Shown one piece after another: positions 41,484 through 50,278 of a stretch of 64,000 nt of DNA (position 1 is the first letter of the stretch; the number at the start of each line of letters is the position of its first letter). A program made the position numbers and the translations under genes. This DNA comes from Burkholderiales bacterium (GTDB taxonomy: Bacteria > Pseudomonadota > Gammaproteobacteria > Burkholderiales > Burkholderiaceae_C): NCBI GenBank assembly GCA_038205425.1, contig JBBRBW010000004.1, positions 18,681 to 82,680 of the forward strand, read 5' to 3'. Under the pieces are notes generated by a model, which saw only the letters and a program-made list of their open reading frames with translations, was not told the DNA's origin and ran no database searches.

Positions 41484-42488
41484 TCAATCGACCTTGGCGC
41501 CGGAGATCTTCACGATGCGCTCCCACTTCGTGATGTCGTCGTTCATGTAGCGCGTGAACTCGGCCACCCCCATCGTCATCGCGGTGGTGCCCTGCGCCGT
41601 CCAGGCCTTGCGCACCTCGGGGTTGCCGGTGATCTTGGCGATCTCGGCGTTGAGCTTGTCGACGATGGCCGGCGGCGTGCCCTTGGGCGCCATCACGCCG
41701 AGCCAGATCGTCGCTTCGTAGCCGGGCACGCCCGACTCGTTCACGGTGGGCACGTTGGGCAGCACCGACGAACGCTGCTTGCCGGTGGTGGCGATGGCCT
41801 TCACCTTGCCGGCCTTGATCTGCTCGCTCATCGTCGGGATGGCGTCGAACATCATCTCGAGCTGGCCGCCGAGCACGTCGGTGCGGGCGCCCGCGCTGCC
41901 GCGGTAGGGGATGTGCACGATGCTCACGCCGGCCATGGCCTTGAACAGCTCGCCGGCCATGTGGTACGGCGTGCCCGGGCCCGAGGACGCGTAGGACATG
42001 CCGCCCGGCCTGGCCTTGGCCGCGGCGATCAACTCCTTCACGTTGTTGGCCGCCAGCCCGGGCTTGGCCACCAGCACCAGGTCGCTGTAGTTGATGGGTG
42101 CGACGGGCACGAAGTCGCGCATCAGCACGAAGGGCTTGTTCGGGATCAGCGATTCGTTGACGGTGTGCGTGTTGCTCATCACCAGCAGCGTGTAGCCGTC
42201 GGGCGCCGATTTGGCCACGCCGTCGGTGCCGATGACCGAGCCGCCGCCCGGCTTGTTCTCGACGATGAAGGCGTGACCGAGCGACTCACCCAGGCGCTGC
42301 GCGATGTAGCGGCCGAAGACGTCGGCCGAGCCGCCGGGCGCAAAGGGCACGACGATCTTGACCGCGCGGGTCGGGTAGTCCTGCGCCAGCGCCGGCGGCA
42401 CGGCGCAGGCCAGGCCCAGGAAGGCCGCGTTGGCGGCCCGCAGCCAGCCGCTGCGGGACAGGACTTTGCGCATGCAGGTCTTCATCAT
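41484..42488 (-). CDS. Bug/TctC substrate-binding protein
   Basis: VPFAPGGSAD, ENKPGGG, HIPYRG; start approximate. Confidence 0.9.
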   Translation of the reverse strand: MMKTCMRKVLSRSGWLRAANAAFLGLACAVPPALAQDYPTRAVKIVVPFAPGGSADVFGRYIAQRLGESLGHAFIVENKPGGGSVIGTDGVAKSAPDGYTLLVMSNTHTVNESLIPNKPFVLMRDFVPVAPINYSDLVLVAKPGLAANNVKELIAAAKARPGGMSYASSGPGTPYHMAGELFKAMAGVSIVHIPYRGSAGARTDVLGGQLEMMFDAIPTMSEQIKAGKVKAIATTGKQRSSVLPNVPTVNESGVPGYEATIWLGVMAPKGTPPAIVDKLNAEIAKITGNPEVRKAWTAQGTTAMTMGVAEFTRYMNDDITKWERIVKISGAKVD

Positions 42489-42553
42489 TGGTTCTGATTG
42501 GTTGAATTTGGTGGCAGCCGAAGACTGTAGCGGCCCGCGCCCGGGCCGGTCAA
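42488..42553 (-). promoter_or_regulatory. Promoter with three 10-bp-spaced TTGGT/ACCAA direct repeats (probable FadR-type operator)
   Basis: TTGACC-18nt-TACAGT on the minus strand; ATTGGTTCTG ATTGGTTGAA TTTGGT on the plus strand just upstream of the Bug start. Confidence 0.5.
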
Positions 42554-42591
42554 TGTGGATCACCCGCGGGCGGCCTCGGCGGCGGCTTGCT

Positions 42592-43284
42592 TCAGTAGCC
42601 CAGCATGTTGGTGCGCACGTGCACCAGGTGCGCCAGGCACAGCGCATGGGCACGCTCGGCGTCGCGATTTTTCAGCGCCGCGACCAGCGCCCGGTGCTCC
42701 TGCTGGTATTCAACACGCCGCGCAGGGGTAGCGCTGCGCCGCTTCAGCACACCCCACTCGCTGTGCGAGCGCACCTCGTTCATGAGCCTGAAGACGCTGC
42801 TGATGAAACCGTTGTGCGCCGCTTCGGCGATGGCCCCGTGCAGTGCGGCGTCCCACTTCTCGAACTCCTCGAGCGTCGTCGCGGCTTCGGCGCGGTGGTT
42901 GCACTCGTCCATGCGCGCGAAGTCGGCCGCGGTGGCGTTGCCGATCACCATTTCGATGAGCGCCGGCTCCAGCACCAGGCGTGCGCTCATCAGCTCGGCC
43001 GGGCTCACCGACGCGCCGGGCGCCGGCGCCAGTTCGGTCAGCGCCTGCTGCACCTGCTCGGCGACGTAGGTGCCGCTGCCCACGGTCTGCGTGATCAGGC
43101 GCTTGCGCTTGAAGTCGAGCAGCACACGCCGCACCGTGCTGCGGCTGAGGCCGAATTCCTCGCTCAGCGCACGCTCGGTCGGAATGCGGTGGCCGGCACG
43201 CCAAGCGCGCGTGTGCAGGTTTTCGAGGATGGTGTCGCGCAGGCGACCGGCGGCGTCCATGGCTGGGGCTTTGCGTAGAGTCAT
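42592..43284 (-). CDS. FadR/GntR-family transcriptional regulator
   Basis: RIPTERALSEEFGLSRSTVRR, GSGTYV, FCD DAALH..AHN..EH. Confidence 0.9.
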   Translation of the reverse strand: MTLRKAPAMDAAGRLRDTILENLHTRAWRAGHRIPTERALSEEFGLSRSTVRRVLLDFKRKRLITQTVGSGTYVAEQVQQALTELAPAPGASVSPAELMSARLVLEPALIEMVIGNATAADFARMDECNHRAEAATTLEEFEKWDAALHGAIAEAAHNGFISSVFRLMNEVRSHSEWGVLKRRSATPARRVEYQQEHRALVAALKNRDAERAHALCLAHLVHVRTNMLGY

Positions 43285-43365
43285 CTGGGCCTCAATGGTA
43301 GCATTTGGGTCTGCCTGGTGAACCCTCGACCGGCCACACCCACGAACCCTTCCGAGGAGTCCCCC

Positions 43366-44235
43366 TTGCGCATCGCGACCATCGTTCACCAGGGACAGCG
43401 CCACGTCGGACGCCTGAGCGCCGACGGGCTGCGGCTCGAACTCTTCGACATCGACGGCACACGCGGCGCGCTGCCGCTGGCCGAGGCCGCGGCCGCCGGT
43501 GCGCCGCTGCCCGCCCTCCGCGGCAGCGTGGCGCTGGCCGACGTGCAGCTGATCGCCCCGCTGCCCACGCCGCGCCGCAACCTGTGGTGCGTGGGCCGCA
43601 ACTACCACGCCCACGCCAAAGAGCTGCAGGGCAGCGTGTTCAAGGACAACGCCAAGGCCGTCGACGCCTGGCCCATCTTCTTCACCAAGGCGCCAGAGAC
43701 CGTGGTCGGGCCCGGCGCCGACGTGCATCTGCCGGGTGACGCCGTGTCGTCGCAGATCGACTACGAGGCCGAGCTGACGATCGTCATCGGCAAGGGCGGC
43801 AAGAACATCGGCAAGGTCGATGCGATGGGCCACATCTGGGGCTACACCATCGTCAACGACGTCACCGCGCGTGACGTGCAGATGCGCCATTCGCAGTGGG
43901 ACCTGGGCAAGAGCTTCGACACCTTCTGCCCGATGGGTCCGTGGATCGTCACCGCCGACGAACTCGACGGCACCGACACCCGCGTGCAGTGCTGGGTCAA
44001 TGGCGAGCAGCGCCAGGACGCGCGCACGACCGACCTGATCTTCGACATCCCCACGCTGATCGAGACCTGCTCGCGCGGCATCACATTGCTGCCCGGTGAC
44101 ATCATTGCCACCGGCACGCCGGCCGGCGTCGGCATGGGTATGAGCCCACCGCGCTGGCTGCGCCACGGCGACGTGGTGCGCATTCAGATCGACGGCATTG
44201 GCGTGCTCGAGAACCGCTTCGTACAAGGAAACTGA
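43366..44235 (+). CDS. Fumarylacetoacetate hydrolase family protein
   Basis: GAGGAG SD + TTG; CVGRNYHAH, IDYEAEL, NDVTARD, GKSFDTFCPMGP, TGTPAGVG. Confidence 0.92.
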   Translation: MRIATIVHQGQRHVGRLSADGLRLELFDIDGTRGALPLAEAAAAGAPLPALRGSVALADVQLIAPLPTPRRNLWCVGRNYHAHAKELQGSVFKDNAKAVDAWPIFFTKAPETVVGPGADVHLPGDAVSSQIDYEAELTIVIGKGGKNIGKVDAMGHIWGYTIVNDVTARDVQMRHSQWDLGKSFDTFCPMGPWIVTADELDGTDTRVQCWVNGEQRQDARTTDLIFDIPTLIETCSRGITLLPGDIIATGTPAGVGMGMSPPRWLRHGDVVRIQIDGIGVLENRFVQGN

Positions 44236-44237
44236 CC

Positions 44238-45203
44238 ATGATGAAAAACCTGCTTGCCAGCCTGCTGCTGGCCCTCGGCGCCGCTGGCGCCCTTGCCCAG
44301 GCCGCCTGGCCGGCCAAGCCGATCACGATGATCGTGCCCTTCCCGCCTGGCGGCGTGGCCGACACCGTGGCCCGCCCGGTGGCCGAAGCGCTGGGCAAGG
44401 CGTTGGGCCAGACCGTGATCGTGGAAAACCGCGCCGGCGCGGGTGGCGCCACCGGTATCGGCGCCGCGGCGCGTGCACCGGCCGACGGCTACACCGTGCT
44501 GCTGAGCCTCTCCAGCATCTCCATCCTGCCCGAGGCCGACAAGATCCTGAACCGCAAGCCGGCCTTCACGCTGAAGGACTTCAAGCCCATCGCGCGTTTC
44601 ACCGCCGACCCCACGGTGCTGGTGGTGCGTGCCGATTCACCCTGGAAGACGCTGCCCGAGTTCATCGCCTACGCCAAGGCCAACCCGGGCAAGCTGAACT
44701 TCGGCAGCTCGGGCAACTACGGCACCATGCACGTGCCGGTGGAGATGCTCAAGGCGCGCGCAGGTGTCTTCATGACGCACATCCCCTACACCGGCGCCGG
44801 CCCGGCCGTGCTGGCACTGCTGGGCGGGCAGGTCGACGCCATCGCCAGCGGCCCCAGCACGGTGGCCACGCACATCCGGGCCGGCAAGATGCGCGCGCTG
44901 GCGCACTGGGGCGATAAACCGTTGCAGAGCCTGCCCGAAGTGCCGAGCCTGAAGCAGGCCGGCTACCCGGTGGCCTTCGCGCAGTGGTCGGCGCTGTTCG
45001 TGCCGGCCGGCGTTTCCGACGACATCGTGCAGAAGCTGCGTGTGGCCGCGCGCACAGCCGCACACGACCCGCAGGTAGTGGCCATCATCAACAAGGCCGG
45101 CAGCCCGATCGAGTACCTGGATGCGTCCGAGTTCCAGTCTTACTGGGACGCCGACGCCGCGGTGATGACCGACGCCGTGCGGCGCATCGGCAAGGTCGAG
45201 TAA
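44238..45203 (+). CDS. Bug/TctC substrate-binding protein
   Basis: Signal peptide, VPFPPGGVAD, ENRAGAGG, HIPY. Confidence 0.92.
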   Translation: MMKNLLASLLLALGAAGALAQAAWPAKPITMIVPFPPGGVADTVARPVAEALGKALGQTVIVENRAGAGGATGIGAAARAPADGYTVLLSLSSISILPEADKILNRKPAFTLKDFKPIARFTADPTVLVVRADSPWKTLPEFIAYAKANPGKLNFGSSGNYGTMHVPVEMLKARAGVFMTHIPYTGAGPAVLALLGGQVDAIASGPSTVATHIRAGKMRALAHWGDKPLQSLPEVPSLKQAGYPVAFAQWSALFVPAGVSDDIVQKLRVAARTAAHDPQVVAIINKAGSPIEYLDASEFQSYWDADAAVMTDAVRRIGKVE

Positions 45204-45220
45204 GGCCCGCGGCGCGGCGC

Positions 45221-46699
45221 TCAAAGCGCCGCACTGGCGAGCGCGGCAGCCTCGCGCAGCTTGTCTTTCTTGCTTTTGCGCTTGCCCTTGACGCCGCCGT
45301 GCGGGTCGGCGGGCAGCACAGGCAGCACTGCCGCCGGCTCGAAGCCGGCCACCTGCTCGCGCAGCACACGCTGCTGCTGGCGTTTCTCGATGAGGCGGAA
45401 ATGCGCCTCGCTGCCCGGCGCGTCGGCGCAGACGAAGCTGACCGCCAGCCCCGCAGCGCCGGCGCGCGCGGTGCGGCCGATGCGGTGCGTGTAGTCCACC
45501 GCCGAACGCGGCAGGTCGTGGTTCACCACCACCGGCAGCAGCGGCAGGTCGAGGCCGCGCGCCGCCAGGTCCGTGGCCACCAGCACCGTCACGCGGCCGG
45601 CCTGCAGGTCGGTCAACGCCGAGCTGCGCCGGCCGCTGCTCTGCCGGCCGTGCAGCGCCGCGGCGGCCACCCCGGCGCGGCGCAGCTTGTCGGCCACGTG
45701 TTCGGCCGCGTACTGCGTGGCGACGAAGACCAGCGCACGCGGCCAGGCCTCGGCCTTCAGCAGGTGGCGCAGCAGCTGCGTGCGCCTGGCGGTGTCGACG
45801 ACGACGGCCCGCTGCGTGAGCGTCGGCGACGGCGCTGCGGCGGGCGCGTCCACGGCGGCCGGTGACGCGGCCGACGACGCAGCCAGTGACGCTGCCGGTG
45901 ACGCAGCCGGTGATGCAGCTGGTAACGCAGCTGGTAACGCAGCTGGTAACGCAGCTGGTAACGCAGCTGGTAGCGCAGCTGGTAACGCAGCTGGAAACAC
46001 GGTCGGCGCCATGCCTGCTTCGACCTGCAGCAGCAGCGCGTTGCGCTGGATGCGCGGCGCCAGTGCACGCAGTTCTTCGGTCAGCGTGGCGCTGAACAGC
46101 AGCGTCTGGCGCTGGCGCGGCAGCAGCGCCAGCACACGCCGCGTCTCGTCGGCAAAACCCGCGTCGAGCAGGCGGTCGGCCTCGTCGAGCACCAGCAGTT
46201 CCAGGTCGGCCAGGCGCACGGCGTTTTGCCGCGTCAGGTCGAGCAGTCGGCCGGGCGTGGCGATGACGAGATGGGCACCGCCGCGCAGCGCCATCATCTG
46301 CGGGTTGATCGACAGCCCGCCCACCGCCACCACGGTCTTGAGTTGCGGCGCCAGCGCGTGGGCGGCGGCGGCGGTCTGCGCCGCGAGCTCGCGCGTCGGC
46401 GCCAGCACCAGCGCGCGCAAGCGGCGCGGCTGCTCGTCCAGCACACCCGGCGCCGCCAGCAGGCGCTGCAACAGCGGCAGCAGGAAGGCCGCCGTCTTGC
46501 CGGCGCCGGTGGGCGCCTGGGCGAGCAGGTCGCGACCCTGCAGCACCGCGGGCAGCGCCAGCGCCTGGATGGGGCTGGGCACGGCCCAGCCCGCGGCCGC
46601 TGCGGCGCGCGCCAGCGCCGGCTGCAGGCCGAGTTCGGCGAAGGAGGCGGGCGCGGCAGGCGCGCCGGACGGGTCGGCGGGAACGGGAATCTCTGACAT
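45221..46699 (-). CDS. DEAD-box RNA helicase (RhlE-like) with repeat-expanded linker
   Basis: Q motif, TGAGKT, PTRELA, TPGRL, DEAD, SAT, ARGLD, HRIGRTAR. Confidence 0.9.
   Translation of the reverse strand: MSEIPVPADPSGAPAAPASFAELGLQPALARAAAAAGWAVPSPIQALALPAVLQGRDLLAQAPTGAGKTAAFLLPLLQRLLAAPGVLDEQPRRLRALVLAPTRELAAQTAAAAHALAPQLKTVVAVGGLSINPQMMALRGGAHLVIATPGRLLDLTRQNAVRLADLELLVLDEADRLLDAGFADETRRVLALLPRQRQTLLFSATLTEELRALAPRIQRNALLLQVEAGMAPTVFPAALPAALPAALPAALPAALPAALPAASPAASPAASLAASSAASPAAVDAPAAAPSPTLTQRAVVVDTARRTQLLRHLLKAEAWPRALVFVATQYAAEHVADKLRRAGVAAAALHGRQSSGRRSSALTDLQAGRVTVLVATDLAARGLDLPLLPVVVNHDLPRSAVDYTHRIGRTARAGAAGLAVSFVCADAPGSEAHFRLIEKRQQQRVLREQVAGFEPAAVLPVLPADPHGGVKGKRKSKKDKLREAAALASAAL
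45861..45992 (-). repeat. 12-bp VNTR, 11 units (plus-strand unit GGTAACGCAGCT) encoding (PAAL/PAAS)n
   Basis: Five identical units plus variants, read directly from the sequence. Confidence 0.92.
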
Positions 46700-46760
46700 G
46701 CGGCCCAGCATAGCGGCCCGGGGCCCTTGAAACCACGCCGCGCGTCCCGACCTGCGGACC

Positions 46761-47087
46761 ATGAGCATCGAAACCCGCATTCCCCTGCCGGCCCGGTTGC
46801 ACACGCTGGCCGCGCTGGCCGGCCTGCTGGAACGTCTGGAAGCCGCGCCCAGTTCGGCCAGCGCCGAGCAGTACCGCGGCGTGGCGCGCCAGGTGATGGC
46901 CCTGCTGGCGCAGGCCGAGCCCGACGAACACCTGCAGCGCCTGCTGAACGCCGCGCCGCACACCGCCGAGCTCTACGAGAACCTGCGCTACGACCAGGCC
47001 GGCCTGTGCCGCAGCCCGCTGGAAGTGGCGCTGAACGCCGAGCTGGCGGCCACGGCAGCCATCCGCCAGGCGCAGCGCGCGCGCTGA
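46761..47087 (+). CDS. Hypothetical helical protein (108 aa)
   Basis: Clean ORF with genome-typical codon usage between helicase and ada; ELYENLRY motif. Confidence 0.7.
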   Translation: MSIETRIPLPARLHTLAALAGLLERLEAAPSSASAEQYRGVARQVMALLAQAEPDEHLQRLLNAAPHTAELYENLRYDQAGLCRSPLEVALNAELAATAAIRQAQRAR

Positions 47088-47178
47088 CGGCGGGGCCTCG
47101 GCCCGTGGCCGCGCCACGCCGCGAGGGACAGGTCCGAAAACGGCGAGTCGTGGCGTGGTGGCTGCCTATCATGGCGGC

Positions 47179-48657
47179 ATGGACCTCGACCCGGACGCCG
47201 CCTACCTCGCGCTGAAGGCGCGTGATGCGCGCTTCGATGGCCGGCTCTTCGTCGGCGTCACCTCCACCGGCGTCTACTGCCGGCCGGTGTGCCGCGTGCG
47301 CACGCCGCGGCGCGAGAACTGCCGCTTCTTCGGCAGCCGCGCGCTGGCCGAGGCGGCCGCCTTCCGGCCGTGCATGAAGTGCCGGCCCGAGATCGCGCCG
47401 GGCCTGTCGCACACCGACTCCTCGCGCGCGCTGGCCGACAGCGCCGCGCGGCTCATCGAACACGCCGTGCACGGCGGCGCGGGCCTGCCGCTGCCGGTGC
47501 TGGCCGCGCGCCTGGGCGTCACCGACCGCCACCTGCGTCGCATCTTTCAGGCCACGCACGGCGTTTCGCCGCATGCCTATCTCAGCACGCAGCGCCTGCT
47601 GCTGGCCAAGCAGCTGCTCACCGACACCACGCTGCCGGTGACGCAGGTGGCGTTGGCCAGCGGCTTCGACAGCCTGCGCCGCTTCAACGCCGCGTTTGCG
47701 CTGCGCTACCGCTTCAACCCGACGCAGCTGCGCCGCGAGGGCAGCGCGGGCACGCGCGCCGAGACGCCGCTGCGCCTGGCCTACCGCCCGCCCTACGACC
47801 TGCCGGCCCTGCTCGGCTTTTTCGAACGGCGGCAGCTGCAGGGCGTCGAGCAGGTCGAGGGCCTGCGGCTGCGGCGCACGGTGGGCTGGCGCCACCAGGG
47901 CCAGCCGCTGCACGGCTGGCTGGAGGCTCGCTTCGAGCCGGCGCGCCACGAGGTGCACGTGAGCACCTCGCCGAACCTGGCCCCGGTGCTCGGCGCCGTG
48001 CTGCAGCGGGTGCGCCAGGCGCTGGACCTCGACGCCGACCCCGCGCTCGTCGACCCCGTGATGGCGCGCCTGCCGCTGCCGCCACGCCCCGGCGCGCGGC
48101 TGCCCGGCGCCTGGGACGGCTTCGAGACCGCGGTTCGCGTGGTGCTGGGCCAGCAGGTCACGGTGAAGGCCGCGCGCACGCTGGTACAGCGCGTGGTGAA
48201 CCGCTTCGGCACGCCCGTCGACACACCCTTCGCGGCGCTGACCCATGTTTTTCCCGACGCCCAGACGCTGGCCGCGGCCGACCCCGAACACATCGGCACG
48301 CTGGGCATCGTGCGCCAGCGCGTCAAGGCGCTGCAGGCGCTGGCCGCCGCAGTGGCGCAGGGCGACATCGTGCTGCACCGCGCCGCGCCGCTGGAGGCGA
48401 CGCTCGACGCGCTGCGCGCGCTGCCGGGTATCGGCGAGTGGACGGCGCAGGTCATCGCGATGCGCGCGCTGGCCTGGCCCGACGCCTGGCCGGCCGGCGA
48501 CATCGGCCTCATGAACGCGCTGGGTTCGTGCAACCCCGGCGCGCCGCGCCACCTGGGCCGCGAGGCGCGGCACATCACCACCCTGGCCGAGGCCTGGCGC
48601 CCCTGGCGCGCCTATGCCGTGATGCGGCTGTGGCATTTTGTGGAGACCACTGAATGA
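47179..48657 (+). CDS. alkA: Ada-AlkA fusion (Ada Zn-binding + AraC HTH + 3-methyladenine glycosylase II)
   Basis: TGVYCRPVC..RPCMKCRP, GFDSLRRFN, HhH LPGIGEWTA, GDIGL, WRPWRAYA. Confidence 0.9.
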   Translation: MDLDPDAAYLALKARDARFDGRLFVGVTSTGVYCRPVCRVRTPRRENCRFFGSRALAEAAAFRPCMKCRPEIAPGLSHTDSSRALADSAARLIEHAVHGGAGLPLPVLAARLGVTDRHLRRIFQATHGVSPHAYLSTQRLLLAKQLLTDTTLPVTQVALASGFDSLRRFNAAFALRYRFNPTQLRREGSAGTRAETPLRLAYRPPYDLPALLGFFERRQLQGVEQVEGLRLRRTVGWRHQGQPLHGWLEARFEPARHEVHVSTSPNLAPVLGAVLQRVRQALDLDADPALVDPVMARLPLPPRPGARLPGAWDGFETAVRVVLGQQVTVKAARTLVQRVVNRFGTPVDTPFAALTHVFPDAQTLAAADPEHIGTLGIVRQRVKALQALAAAVAQGDIVLHRAAPLEATLDALRALPGIGEWTAQVIAMRALAWPDAWPAGDIGLMNALGSCNPGAPRHLGREARHITTLAEAWRPWRAYAVMRLWHFVETTE

Positions 48658-49187
48658 ACAACCCCCGCTTCGAAGCCCAGGCGCGTGTCGACAGCCCGCT
48701 GGGCCCGCTGACACTGGCCGCCACCGCCCGCGGCCTGGCATTGGTCTGGTTCGACGACCAGGCGCATCGCGGCGCCACGGTGGACGCACCGCTGAACCCG
48801 GCGCATCCGCACCTGGCGCTGGCCGCGCGTGAACTGGCGGCCTACTGGCAGGCGCCGCGCCAGCGCTTCACGCTGCCGCTGGACCCGCAGGGCACGGCCT
48901 TCCAGCAGGCGGTATGGCGTGCACTGTGCAGCATCGCGCCAGGCACATTGAGCAGCTACGGCGCCGTGGCGCGCGCCGTCGGCCGGCCGGCGGCCGCGCG
49001 CGCGGTGGGCGCGGCGATCGGCCGCAACCCCATCGGCATCATCGTGCCCTGCCACCGTGTCGTCGGCACCAGCGGTGCGCTCACGGGTTACGCCGGCGGG
49101 CTGCAGCGCAAGCAGGCCCTGCTGACGCTGGAAGGTGCACTGCCCGGCCCGTTGTGGGACGCGGCCACCGCGTCGCTGGCCGCGTGA
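48654..49187 (+). CDS. ogt: Methylated-DNA--protein-cysteine methyltransferase
   Basis: GTAFQQAVW, RAVGAA, PCHRV active site. Confidence 0.93.
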   Translation: MNNPRFEAQARVDSPLGPLTLAATARGLALVWFDDQAHRGATVDAPLNPAHPHLALAARELAAYWQAPRQRFTLPLDPQGTAFQQAVWRALCSIAPGTLSSYGAVARAVGRPAAARAVGAAIGRNPIGIIVPCHRVVGTSGALTGYAGGLQRKQALLTLEGALPGPLWDAATASLAA

Positions 49188-49410
49188 AACGCCGCGCCAT
49201 CGCCGAGCCGTTGCTGCCGGGCGCGCTGTGCTGCGCTTCCTTCCTCTTCATGCGTTTGGGCGCGGTCGAATTCGCCCGGTGGCGCTGGTCTTCGCTCGCG
49301 TCGCGGGTGCTGCGCTGCTGCTGCTGGGCGAACAGCCGATACCGGCCATGCTGCTGAGCTGCCTGGTGATCCTGCTCGGCACCGCCTTGTCCACCGGCGT
49401 GTTGAAGCGG
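49184..49410 (+). pseudogene. EamA/DMT transporter remnant (first and last helices joined)
   Basis: ASFLFMRLGAVEF, frameshift, PVALVFARVAGAALLLL fused to GEQPIPAMLLSCLVILLGTALSTG. Confidence 0.7.
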
Positions 49411-49480
49411 CGGCCGCGCACGACGACGGCACCATGGAAAACGGCCGCCCGTGGCGGCCGTCGATGCTCGGGCCGCAGCC

Positions 49481-50140
49481 CTACTTGAACTTCGGTTGCG
49501 GCACGGTGCGCAGTTCGCCGGGCAGCGAGCCCAGATACATCGCCATGGCCTTCAGCTCGGCCGGTTTGAACTGCTTCACCTGGGCCGCCATGATGGCGTT
49601 GCCGCGGCCGATGTTGGGGTTGCCGGTGGTGGCATAGGCGTGCAGGGCCGAGGCCAGGTAGTCGCCATGCTGGCCGGCCAGCTTGGGATAGGCCGGCGTG
49701 ATGGGCTTGCTGAAGTTGGCGCCGTGACAGGAAGCGCAGGCACCCTTGCTCAGCAGCGCAGCAACTTCGGCCGAAGGCTGCACGGCCGGAGCCTCGGCCA
49801 CCGGCTTGATCATCGACGCGCCGTGCTGCGCGTAGTGCGCAGCCAGGTCGGCCATGTCGGCGTCGGTGAGTGACGCGGAGATGGCGCGCATCGTCGGGTG
49901 GCGGCGCTCGCCCTTCTTGTAGGCCGCCAGCGCCGCGCTGATGTAGGCGGCGCCCTGGCCCGAGATCATCGGCACCTTGTTGACCACGGGAAAGCTCGAC
50001 TGGTAGCCCGGAATGCCGTGGCAGCCGATGCACATCGCAGCCTTCTTTTCGCCGGCGGCGGCGTCCTGGGCATGGGCGGCAGGCAAGGCGGACAAGACAG
50101 CGCACAGCGCCAGCAGGAAGGAGAAGGCTTTGCTCATCAT
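49481..50140 (-). CDS. Dihaem cytochrome c4/c553
   Basis: Signal peptide, CIGCH and CASCH haem motifs, P-x-L/I-x-GQ segments, distal Met. Confidence 0.92.
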   Translation of the reverse strand: MMSKAFSFLLALCAVLSALPAAHAQDAAAGEKKAAMCIGCHGIPGYQSSFPVVNKVPMISGQGAAYISAALAAYKKGERRHPTMRAISASLTDADMADLAAHYAQHGASMIKPVAEAPAVQPSAEVAALLSKGACASCHGANFSKPITPAYPKLAGQHGDYLASALHAYATTGNPNIGRGNAIMAAQVKQFKPAELKAMAMYLGSLPGELRTVPQPKFK

Positions 50141-50278
50141 CTCGGGTTTGGGGTCGGCTTAAGGGGCCCGGCAGCGGCAGACGCTCTGCGTCGGGCGGGG
50201 CTGCGCAGCGGCCGCGATTATAGGGCGGCCCGTATACTCCGCCGAGCCCTTTCAGCACTGCATGGCGACACCCGAACG

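Noticed and set aside
45861-45992. Repeat array as CRISPR
   Set aside because: Contiguous 12-bp units with no spacers, inside a coding frame, and no cas genes.
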